Assembly: GCA_030265305.1 (NCBI GenBank)
Contig: JASAOG010000080.1
Location: 1,874,630-1,938,629 of the forward strand
Direction of reading: 5' to 3'
DNA from: Biomphalaria pfeifferi
Taxonomy: Eukaryota
DNA length: 64,000 nucleotides
Part shown: positions 46,935 to 57,372 of the stretch, in pieces
Numbering within the stretch: the stretch's first letter is position 1
Layout: each line of letters opens with the position of its first letter
The notes under the pieces: generated by a model
Seen by the model: the letters and a program-made list of their open reading frames with translations, nothing else
Database searches by the model: none
What the model was told of the DNA's origin: nothing
Program-made: the position numbers and the translations under genes

Positions 46935-47026
46935 TCCCACTCACCTTGTGGAATGAGGGCAAGTTTGGACAGTGAGATATTTGGCCATAGCGCTAGAGCC
47001 TTGTCTTGTATAGTTGAACTAAAACA
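46935..47026 (-). CDS. GLT1D1: GLT1D1 homolog, coding exon ((K)FVVCFSSTIQDKALALWPNISLSKLALIPQ(G))
   Basis: Acceptor ctaaag|G and donor CCACAAG|gtgagtgg. It matches human (R)[30 protein letters not shown]. Confidence 0.82.
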
Positions 47027-47253
47027 CACCACAAACCTTTAGTTAAAGAATAAAATATTGTAACATTGAGTTAAGAAACAAACATGATAAAAAAAATAAA
47101 TTAAAATGAAGTTCTGAATCTATTTTGTAATAGAACATCAACTATCTTCCAGTTTTAAAAAAATCTGATATTTTTTTAAAGCAAATGTTGTATATCCTTT
47201 AATAAATAAAATTAAAGAACATTCAACCCAAAAAGAATATTTATAGCCAGTGA

Positions 47254-47437
47254 CGTAGTTAGGGATTTTTAGGCCTGGGGGGCTTGACCTCTTTAAAGGC
47301 TCCTGCATTTTGACATTGGTTATCATTACATGAGATAATGGCATAATATTTAATGTAAAAAACAATTTCGGACACTCATTTGGGTTCATGGGGATTTTCA
47401 AATTTGGACCTCCCCTAACCCTAGCTAAAGCAATGTT
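47254..47437. mobile_element. hAT-like MITE, copy 2 (flanked by TTTATAGC direct repeats)
   Basis: Same family as 25643-25838 (tagggatttttaggcc...aaatgagtgtccgaaattgtttttacattaaatatt...). An 8-bp TSD is visible on both flanks. It lies inside a GLT1D1 intron. Confidence 0.6.
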
Positions 47438-47629
47438 TATAGCATACAATATCCCATAATTCCTACAGAGATATATGAACTGATCTTCCCACAATCAACA
47501 GCTTTCTAAACTGCTAGCCTCACAACCAGCCAGCAGTGGACATAATGCCGCTATGCACTGCAACAATGTACAACCAATTGACCACATGGACATCTAAATT
47601 TTCTACAACAAACAATCCACTCTTCTCAC

Positions 47630-47735
47630 TTGGCTTTTGTGATCACCTCAGTCATGATGTCAAGGGAGTGGGAGTCTTTGCTGAACTCATTGATGTCTGT
47701 GCCGCCAAGGATGACGATGTAAGGCAGGTTACTCG
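47630..47735 (-). CDS. GLT1D1: GLT1D1 homolog, coding exon ((A)SNLPYIVILGGTDINEFSKDSHSLDIMTEVITKA)
   Basis: Acceptor tgtttccag|CG and donor GCCAA|gtgaga. It matches human [33 protein letters not shown]. Confidence 0.82.
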
Positions 47736-48839
47736 CTGGAAACAAACGATCACATGATTAATTCCAGTCCAAAAATGTGCCAATAAAAGTAGCCCACAAC
47801 TTACATGACTCAGTTTCACAAAGAAGGAAATAGGGAAGGAATAATAAAAAAATATGGGCCATAAGTGGACAACTAATGGCCGAAGTCTGCCAGTGAAATA
47901 TGAAGAAAAAATAAAATAAAGATGGCTAATCAATGATAGTGCATTTTTGGAGCAAGATCTATTTGCGATTATTTGACCTGCTCTATAAAAAAGATACATT
48001 TTAGGATCAAGGTCTAACTGTAGTTATGCAATCTACCTATTGCCAATATCTGATAATAGTCAGTTGAAATGGCTTGAGTAGATAGAAGGTGTTTTTTTTT
48101 TACATGCAGAATCTCACTGCAAGAAGACAGAGCTTTGGAAGTATACAATGAGATCGGAGCAGTTTTTGGTGGTATATTACAAAATGCTATTTACTATTCA
48201 ATTGATTGGCATTTGTACAAAAATAGAGTTCATCCATCATTCATGATATGATGATGACCACTTTGGTCATCCAGGAGGCTAAGGACTTTGCACTACAGTA
48301 TTATGTCTCTTTGTTGGCTGGTGAGATCTATGTGATTGTTAGTCTGCCCACTGGATAGGCTATTCCAGCCTGTGTCAATTGCCTTGATTGTCTTCTCTGG
48401 TGCTTTTCTGAGGATTTACTTACCATTGAAATAGGAAATTATTTTTTAAATTACTTTTTAGGTTTTATTTCTGTATTTGTAAGTTTATTTCAATCTTATT
48501 ATTAAAAGTTTGTTACTTTGCTTTTTATTTTTCTTGAATGATTTTGTTTCCAATTTACAAGATTCTACTAATCATGTCAATACACTACATGGTTCATACA
48601 ACTTTTGTGAAAATGAATTCCAGACATTTTCCAGACATTAATCTATGTTTTCCAGACTCACTAACAGTAAAATGCATATCTACCTGAGCTTGTGGTATGC
48701 GCTCTGGACTGTAATATTCATGGTCTTGGGTTCAAACCCTACTTAGAACTAACCCCTGCGTCCTGCAGTGGGAGGTGTTTCAACTAGGATGTAATGATAA
48801 TCTTCAATTCTGAAGGAACATCCAAAACATGTTTTAAAA

Positions 48840-50350
48840 AAAGTCACTAATCTTGCAGCACCTAGACTTAGGCAACTCAATAATATATAGATCTAGTTAG
48901 TATATAGCCTAATAGAGCTAACTTAGTTGTAAAATCTATTTCTAAATCCCAAAGAATTTTTATATAGATTTTCAGTGGCTTAAACATTAGATACTGGTTA
49001 AAATGCAAAGAATTAGTCTTAGACTTCAGGTCTATCAAGCCTAGGTAGGTTAATTACCTCTAGTCGAGTCTAGTATAATTCTTTTGGAAGAGATAGCCTA
49101 AAGATCTAGAATCTAGCGAGTTACTGTATTGAAATTTAATGTGTAATAGTGGACTACTTGTCTTATATCTAGATCTAGTTCCCAATCATAATATGTCAAT
49201 ATTCAATATTGATTTGATTGTGTTTTTTAACTGTATAAATATTGATATCTAGTCTAGATCTAAACTAAATTAAATGTATATCATACTACTAATACTAGAT
49301 TATCTACTATAATCTGTATTCTAATTTAAGAATGCTAGATCTAAATCAGAACCTAGATCAAGACAAAATCTAGTAGGGTGACGTAGTTAGGGATTTTTAG
49401 GCCTGGGGGGCTTGACCTCTTTAAAGGCCCCTGCATTTTGACATTCGTTATCATGACATGAGATAATGGCATAATATTTAATGTAAAAAACAATTTCGGA
49501 CACTCATTTGGGGGCCCCCTCCAGTGGGGGTCATGGGGATTTTCAAATTTGGACCTAGTCTTTTAGTTTTTAAGTTTAGACTCAAGATCTACATGCCTAA
49601 TATAAATATAACTTCCCGACTCACGTTAACAAATTCAAGCGTCCATTAATATTAGTGTCTAGAACTTTAAATCTAAACATTTCTAATTCGATAATCATTA
49701 GATTAGTTTTGGATTTAGATCTAGAAAGTAGTCTAATAACTAATTCCAGACAATGAATTGTAAATCTAAATATAAAACAAATCTAGTTAAAATAGATTTT
49801 CTAGATCCAGAATCCAAGCTGCACATAGGTCTAAACGTTTTTTTTTTTGTTTTTTTTTGTAATTTGCTCTAAGCATCAGATTTTGTTTCAACTTTGAAAA
49901 AGTTTCATTGACCTTGAGTCTAGACCTAGGTGCTAGACCTAGCGTTATAATAACTACATTGATTTTAAATAACTTAGACATATAATCTAGCCTAATCGCT
50001 AGTGAATGTCGTGGATTCATGTTTCGTTTTTTTTTGTATAGAATACTAGATCTAGAACTAGAATATATGTAGATCTAGCGAAAGTCTGTATTAAAATTAA
50101 TTAAAGCTTCCTTAGCCGCGAATTGGTTCTGGATTAGATCTAGACTCTATATCTATATAGAAAGTTTGATTGATCATGGCCATGGGTGTGCTCTGCAATC
50201 GACTGAATGACCAGTTGTTTTATTTTCAAAAAATGAAAGCCGTGATCGCGCGTGCTTTCAACCATGACATATATATAGATCTAATAATCTAGCCCCTATG
50301 TCCAACTAGATCTACCCATCTAGCGTTTTACCGGTCCACATTTTTTTATG
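48840..50350. repeat. CTAG-palindrome-rich low-complexity tract (dense TCTAGA / AGATCT / CTAGATCTAG words) inside a GLT1D1 intron. Similar tracts lie at 890-1400, 12540-13220, 62000-62120 and 63190-63440
   Basis: Words such as tagatctag, ctagatcta and ctagtag are visibly over-represented on an AT-rich background. The tract carries local hairpins, for example the perfect 11-bp-stem palindrome CCCTAGCGGGC-ccta-GCCCGCTAGGG near 1080-1110. Confidence 0.55.
49383..49555. mobile_element. hAT-like MITE, copy 3 (partial)
   Basis: Near-identical to 47254-47437 over about 170 bp. It sits in the CTAG-rich part of the GLT1D1 intron. Confidence 0.55.
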
Positions 50351-50553
50351 ACATCGGATTTTTAATTTTTGTTTTCAAATTCCAGACTTTTCCCAGACAT
50401 TTAAAAAATCGCCTAGAAAAGTAGCGATTTACCAGATTTTTCCAGGTCTGAAATTTTATTTTTGAAACTCCAGACTTTCCAGACTGCGTACAAACCCTGA
50501 CACTAGCAATATATCATTGTCTAAACCCAATTGACAGCAGATCAACAACTCAC

Positions 50554-50702
50554 CTTTCATAAAAGCTCCAGTTCTAAGAGCATGTATTCCGATCAGTATT
50601 CCAATATTATCTTCATCCACCATGCGAACAAACTCATCATGGTTCTGAAACAGTTTAGGGTCCTCCAGATGGCACTTGTAGCCAATAGACTTGAGATGAT
50701 TT
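50554..50702 (-). CDS. GLT1D1: GLT1D1 homolog, coding exon ((x)NHLKSIGYKCHLEDPKLFQNHDEFVRMVDEDNIGILIGIHALRTGAFMK(G)); the most 5' exon identified
   Basis: Acceptor ttgtgtctatag|A and donor ATGAAAG|gtgagt. It matches human (R)[51 protein letters not shown]. The N-terminal exon, expected to carry M...TGN..TA, was not located. The region immediately upstream is occupied by I/R1-like LINE fragments. Confidence 0.8.
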
Positions 50703-51740
50703 CTATAGACACAAGGGAAGAAACAAATCAGACACAAGGAAATAGAATAAGAACACATGCTTGCAAGCTAAAAATAAGGATGAGCGAGTTTTGCCCTTGT
50801 GGAGCATAATCAGAGAATGCTGACCATGACTTTAAAAGCTGCATACTCTATCAAGAGGTCTGAAGAAGACACCTGACCCAAAAATCCCCCTACAGAACAA
50901 AAACTATATGGAGAATTGCCAGATCTGGAAACCACAGCACAGGTAATCGCAGATATAAGAGTACTCATCTGAACCCTCTAACATAAAAATGAAGAAGAAG
51001 ACACAATAAATGAAACAAATCTCCCAGACAGCTATGTTTATAATTAGAGAGACTTGTTACAAAAAGCAAAACAAAGCAAAAACCTTCACACCCAAAAATT
51101 TCTATAGTTGATAAAAGAAAAACTGGCCCAGAAATGTATTTTTCACATGAAAGCAATAATAAGATACTGATATGTTGTGTGAATTGTAGAAAAAAAGATG
51201 AATATATTAAATTTTAACTTTTTTTTTCTTTTGTTGTTGAAAGAATAAAACAAGCTCTATTAAAATTTGTATGTAATGTTGTTTCAATCAGAAATTCTTT
51301 TAAAATTATTTTGCTCTTTCCACTTAAGCAATTTCATTCTATCAATTATCTTTATTTAGCTAAAATACTTAATTTACAGTTACAAATGTTACCTGTACTT
51401 CTTTTACCTTATTCTTTTGATTGTACAATAGTTCCCTCCCCTCTTGGCAAGGGGAGACAACAAAATCAATGTGTGAGGCATTCCTCTTGGAAATCTGGAC
51501 AGAAAATGTCATGGTTAGTCTGCAGTGACACAAACACAAATACTTTCTGTTTGAATGTTAAACTATTTTTTTTAAAACCTGGTCAGTTTTCAGCAAATTT
51601 TAATCTGCCGCTCACAGTCCAATCACAACGTTCATTGCACACCATGGTCAGAAATTGATTCATGAGCTACTTTAGGGCCATCAGAACTTGGGAAATTAAC
51701 ACACCGACATCACCTTTGCATTTATAGAATTTGTGGGAGA

Positions 51741-51995
51741 AAGACTTCGATCTCCCTGATACTGATTAAGTTTTCCTTTCACACCTTGCAATCTATAGGC
51801 AGATGACGTAAAGGTCATCTGTTTCTGTGGTCCACGGTTAACAAAGGGTGTCATGTGGCCAGCACAATAAACAACCACCTTTAATTTTCCCCAACTAATG
51901 TCAGGTACTGATTAGAGCTGGGTGGATTGAGAGCCACCCAAAGATCCCGAATATAAAAATCCCAGTCTTCACTAGGGTTTGAACCCGGGAAAACA
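51741..51995 (-). mobile_element. SINE family A copy (minus orientation). A further copy lies at 52942-53243 (-)
   Basis: Matches the family A consensus (gcagatgacgtaaaggtcatctg...gtgtcatgtggccagcacaa...ccaactaatgtcaggtac...). Confidence 0.7.
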
Positions 51996-52099
51996 ATATC
52001 AGCGGTAGGTGTCCAAATAAACAAAATGGTATGAGGCCGGAATAACAAAAACACAACAACATGAAGCCCCCCCCCCCCCCTAGAGTTTAGAATAAATGA

Positions 52100-52440
52100 A
52101 AATTGGACCAGCTCACATCCCAATTACAAGAAAAAGGATACCCCTATTATAAGCTATCTCGACATGACCAACGCATAATTTTTCGACTCAGAACCGAACA
52201 CACCGGAATGAGACAACATATGTTCCAGAAGCTAAAAGTCGGGACAAGTGAAACCTGCCCTTGTGACGCATCATCAGAGAATGCTGACCATGTCTTTCAA
52301 AGCTATATCAAGATCAAGAGGCCCACAGCCCTCCTATAGAAGAAAAACTATACAGAGTACTGCTTGATCTGGAAACCACTGCGTGGTTCATCTCAGATAC
52401 ATGATTACTGATCTGAACCCCCGACATGTAAAATGAGAAC
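52100..52440 (+). mobile_element. Non-LTR retrotransposon fragment (post-RNase H CCHC region: …IFRLRTEHTGMRQHMFQKLKVGTSETCPCDASSENADHVFQSY…). A diverged duplicate lies at 50711-50990 (+)
   Basis: ORF 52103-52339 is duplicated as a diverged copy at 50711-50990 (…RIRTHACKLKIRMSEFCPCGA…). It belongs to the same domain class as the 2138-2398 (-) copy. Both sit in the upstream region and intron of GLT1D1. Confidence 0.55.
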
Positions 52441-53959
52441 GAAGAAGAATAAGTCATTTGGTAAACGAGCAGGACAATTCATTATGATCAGATTACAGTA
52501 CAATTTATTAACATTTACAAGCTCACTTCTCCTTTGTTTACCCCTGTCAGACGGATTAACCGACCGCAACTCGTAAATAAAATCTTTAACGCTCGATCTG
52601 ACATTAAACACTGTTAATTGATTTAGGATTAACTTGGACATAGAACAAGACTCGATAAAATAATACCACATCAATGGTAAAGACCAAGTGGACAGAAAGT
52701 ACAAAAAGATTACAAAAAAAAAAAAAAAACAACAAAAAAACAACAACATCGAATCGCGTTCTTTTGATTTTAGAGGCCGGAAGGGGAAAAGCTGTTGTTA
52801 GTTTTGTGTGGTCCATCCGTCCCATTTAGATCACAGAAACTAGATACTGATATCACAATATAGTAGATCTTGCAGTGTTCTGGCACAACGTACACCTTTT
52901 TTTTAATTAACAAACTACAAGAAAGTAAGTTTTTATAATTCTTGTCAACGGGGCATGAGTTCGAATCCTACCATGTAGGGCAGATAATGTTGAGGTCATC
53001 TGTTTCTTTAAAAGAAGTTCCCCTTTCAGTCCTTGCAATCTATAAGGCAGATGATGTAAAGGTCACATGTGGCCAACACAATGACCAACCACCTTTACTT
53101 TTCCTCAACTAATGTCAGGTACCCATTAGGCGCCTTAAAAATCCCGAAAAGCAAAATACAAGTCTTAACGAGATTCGAACCTAGAAGCCCAGGTTCAGAA
53201 GAAAAGCGCTTTACCACTCAGCCACCGTGCTGCATGATAATTAGAAAAAAAAAAGAAATATTTTAATATGCTATATATATTTTCTAATACTTATAATAGT
53301 TAAACTTTGAACACCTACAAAACTGCTCAAGTTTTTTTTTTTGGAGGGGAGGGGGTAACAGGGATTTAGCAAAGGCTTCGGCAAATCAAGTGAAATTAAA
53401 AGGGCTAGACAGCACTTCGGAACAGAACACGTACTTATAGAAAGGGAGAGGTGTCAGTGTGGGACTGAAGCCCACTAAACAACAATGTGAAGCTTATCTT
53501 AAATCAAAGATGGGCTATTGTCTGTAGGTATAAACACGTGCATTCAATGTTGGCTCAATTCTCCATTACCATTTGATCCCGCTCTGTAGAAACTAATCCC
53601 ATTACTTTCAACGTCCTCGTTCCTTCTTCACTGGCGATTCGCAAAGCCCAATACAAAGACAAACCAAGAGCACGTGGAATTATTGATGTAGTCAAAGGCA
53701 AAGTCAGTCAAACAAAATAATAGTTTATACCGCATCTCCCCCTCCCAGCCCTTTGTTTTTTGTCCGAAGTTAAAAACAAATAATGATGCCCAATTCAAAT
53801 ACAAATAGATCACGTGAGCTAATGATCTACCAGTATAACGCTGAAGTTCAAGACACGCAACAGGTGGAAATCTATACATACAAGTATCACAATGAGCTGG
53901 CGATGGGGAGGAGGTCTCAACGTTAGCTCAACGGAGGGAAACTGTTTGAAAGGATGAGC

Positions 53960-54010
53960 CTGATATGGTCACAGGTTGAAAAGCGAGATCTCGGCCAATG
54001 TTCGGCGGCG
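53960..54010 (-). promoter_or_regulatory. CpG-containing patch with a CCAAT box (on the minus strand: …CGCGCCGCCGAACATTGGCCGAGATCTCGC…), candidate promoter-proximal element for the GLT1D1 homolog. Speculative
   Basis: It is one of the few CpG-dense stretches in an otherwise CpG-poor window. It carries CCAAT in the minus orientation and lies about 3.3 kb upstream of the most 5' GLT1D1 exon found. This placement is inference only. Confidence 0.15.
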
Positions 54011-56564
54011 CGGTTTAAAAAAAAAGCGTCTTTGCCCATGTAATATATCCAACTGCTTAACAGTAATTACATTTCAATAAAAGCAGCGTGCTTTTCGCGG
54101 ATTATTAGTACTGTATAACAGGATTACAAAGAGAGTTCGTGTGGAAACACAAACTCAGTAACGTCCCAGGGCAGATTTCAATATTTTCAACAGTAATATC
54201 AGAAATCATTAACACAAACTATCAATAACTACAGCCCATCGTCAGTCCATACAAAATAGACGTGTATAGCGAAAGTGTTACCGCATATATACATAATGCT
54301 AGAAATATTATTACATTGTTAATATTCATATGTATTCAATGAAATGATTGTTATGAACATATTGTTCAGGGTGAACCTGGCGGATGTTTTATAAATATCG
54401 AACGAGTAGCAGAAAGGCACACAAAAAGACTATTATGATAAGTAGCAATAATACATACAACACCAAATCAGCGTTAGTCATACTGTAAGTTCTAATATAC
54501 TGCAAGGGACTTATGGACAAGCAAAAAACAAAACAAAAAAGATTGGGGGAACTATGTCCGTACTTTGTGGAGAAACAAAACTAATACAAAAGATATAAGG
54601 GGGACAAACACATTAGCAATGACGAAGAAAATATTCGTTGTACAGAGAAACTGTGGCGACACTGCAGACACAAAACTATGACAGTATAGACAGTATGGAG
54701 AGGGCCTCACAAACTAACCTAACAGTTGGTGAATCATGAACAAGTGTAATACTCAGCTACATTGAGGTACAAAAGAAAGAGAAAAGGTTTGTATTTAAGA
54801 ACAATTAAAACTGATTTGATTAATTAATTAATTAATAAGCAAATGTATTGGATGGCTGCCTAGTCGTGCGGTTTGTGCGCTGGACTGTCGTTTGGATGTA
54901 TCGATGGTCCCGGGTTCAAACCCTGCCCGCTCCCATCCCCCATCGTCCTGCGGGAGGTTTGGACTAGGAAGTAAACTATCTTTAACTCTGAAGAAACATC
55001 CGAAACATGTACAACGTACAACAAACATTTTATTAAAGATAACTAAACAAATTACAGTGTAAGGGATGTCAAAAAAAAACAACAAAAAAACAACAACACA
55101 AAACAACTAAATACGACCCAGAGGTCAATGGAAGTCTACCCACCAACAGTAACAGGTTATTTAAAATGTAATTGACACCAGACGCCAATGAGACTGTATT
55201 GGTTTCAAAAGTTGTTTTTTTTTTTTCCCAACGTTGTCCTAAAATATTTTAATAATTAATGAATTTTTGTAGCTTGTAGCGAAGTTTCAAATTAAACAAA
55301 CAAACAACAAAAGCTAAGAAGTTTAAATACAGACACTCAGCCTGCACCCCACTCGCCCACCACCCCAAAAAAATGTTTGTTTTTACTATACCATCATACA
55401 TTATGATATCTGCCTAGGGCTTGCCGCCCCTAATGCGCTGGAGGATCTAAGTAAGTCAGTAAGATACAAACCTATGAGAAACAATCTGAAACTCGTCCAT
55501 TGTTCGTTCTATTATCGAAATTCGTCTACAAGTAAAACAAAATTACAGATCAGGAACTCGATCTAGAAGTAACATTATGTAATCCTTAGAAACCCCCAAG
55601 CAGTTTTTGGCTCAAAAGTCACTACGTCATACGTGGGAAATAATACATTTTTAAAAACACATTATGGTGTGAGAAATAAACACGCACATATATATGTATA
55701 AGATCAACAAGAGTGTCAAGTTCAGGTTAAACCGGGACACTTTTAATCGACGTGTAGTTGGCCTATCAGAATAAGCGTCACGAGTCAGCGACTTCTGCCA
55801 ACCGACCGAACTTGGCGAGGATCTTAGAATATGGGCTACTTTTATTAGCCTGCGTGTTGAACTTCGGTCACCGCTGAAGGGGATCTAAATAACTTGACAC
55901 GAGGTCACGCTTAGCTGACACCGACCTCTATAATTCGGCCTAATATTTATACAGAGAGAAAAAAAAAATAAAGGGCTATCATTGCAACAAATCTCTGATT
56001 TGACCGAAAATATAGATTGAAACTATGAGGAAATAAAAGCTTTAAGAGATTCGTATCAAAATTTTTTTTTTCAATTGAAAAGTGTGGTTCTATGTTTTGC
56101 TCGTCTTATGCTCCTGATTCAAAGATAAGCTTAGTAGACCTAAGTTTGTGTCCAGTAGCCTGTCAAGTTCAGTTGTTTAACCTTCATTATGTCGGTGAAG
56201 TAACCAAAACTTAAAAGTCTTGAAATATCCACTTCAAAAACAAAACAAGAAAAACCAAGTGGAGACTATTTGACGGGACAAAGTAATGCAGTGTTTCTCA
56301 ATTTATTACCAGTGACGACCCTTCTTAGCCAGCCTAGGGAGCTCTGTAGGCTCCCACAGTGGAGTTTGGGAAGTTTTAAAGAATATAACTAAAAAGAAAA
56401 GAATCTATTATTATAAAACAATTTTATCTTTTTTTTTTTCATATATATAAGTACAATAAGTTTGGACTAGAATTTGGTGATTTAATATCATTAAACCTCT
56501 ACTCCATTAGTTCTTTTGTCGTAGAAATCTTCAAAGTGGTTTTGTATACAAGAAAAGGTTTTTA

Positions 56565-57290
56565 TGGAGAATGTTATGGGGAGGCAGCAGGTTTTCCCTC
56601 CATCTAGCAAAAGGGGGTCTTGCGGAGCGCTGAAAGCTTCCGAAGCGCTGTCCAGGGCGGGGCCCCAACGCCATCAGTTTTCCAGCATTTTGAGCTTTAG
56701 AAATTCTTTTTCTAGCGACAACGTCTTTTTATCATTATATATATATTGCTCCTTGTGTCTCGGAAGACAATGGATGCACCCAGGTGAGTCAATAGCTTTG
56801 GATTCGTCTTGAGACGGGGCAAACTCTGGTGTGACTGATCAAGCCGATTCTGGAGTGGCAGAGTTCGTGCATGTCTATGCATCTGTCCTAGGGCTAGCTG
56901 ACAGGGCAGCTTTCTTCTTCTTTCTCTTGGCTGGTGCAGCCTTCGTTTCTTTTGCACTCGGCGAAGTTCGTACCAGCAGGTCACAGACTGTCTCCGTGAT
57001 GTCTGTCTTGGGCTGTCTCCTCCAACATACTTTGGTCGATGCCCGTGGCTCTCATGTCTCGCTTACAGACATCTCTGTAGGTTAGTCTTGGGCGGAGCTT
57101 GGGTCTGACTCCATTTGCAAGCTCAGCGTATAGTATGTCTTTAAGTATTCTTCCATCTGGCATGCGAGTGACATGACCGAGCCAGCGTAGTCTTCTCTGT
57201 GTAAGAAGAGCATAGATGCTGTGCATATTGGCCCGTTTCAGAACATCCTGGTTGGAGACATGACCCTGCAGGATATGCACATTATGCGCC
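56565..57290 (-). mobile_element. LINE ORF2 3'-end fragment (…LRWLGHVTRMPDGRILKDILYAELANGVRPKLRPRLTYRDVCKRDMRATGIDQSMLEETAQDR…), same family as 39795-40215
   Basis: Minus-strand ORFs 56981-57280 and 56712-56984. It is followed on the plus strand by a (TA)13 microsatellite at 57340-57366. Confidence 0.62.
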
Positions 57291-57340
57291 GCAGGCAGCG
57301 TAAGTAGAAGCTATTTAATCTGTGTTCTTGACGCATGTCA

Positions 57341-57372
<32 letters not shown>

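Noticed and set aside
50531-50809. 92-aa plus-strand ORF overlapping a GLT1D1 exon
   Set aside because: The first two-thirds is antisense to the well-supported GLT1D1 exon 50554-50702. The remainder is the CCHC tail of a LINE fragment. It is a chimeric chance ORF.
45586-53243. tRNA-like sequences (GCTGAGTGGTTAAGCGCTTGG…GGTTC.AATCC) that might be called tRNA genes
   Set aside because: They are heads of SINE family A copies. They lack an intact cloverleaf, acceptor stem and 3' end, and continue into the shared SINE body.
53880-54060. Minus-strand ATG-initiated ORF (MGKDAFFLNRAAEHWPRS…) as a GLT1D1 first exon
   Set aside because: It has no resemblance to the conserved GLT1D1 N-terminus (M..LFL…TGN..TA) and no usable donor in the required phase. 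The region is kept only as a speculative promoter element.
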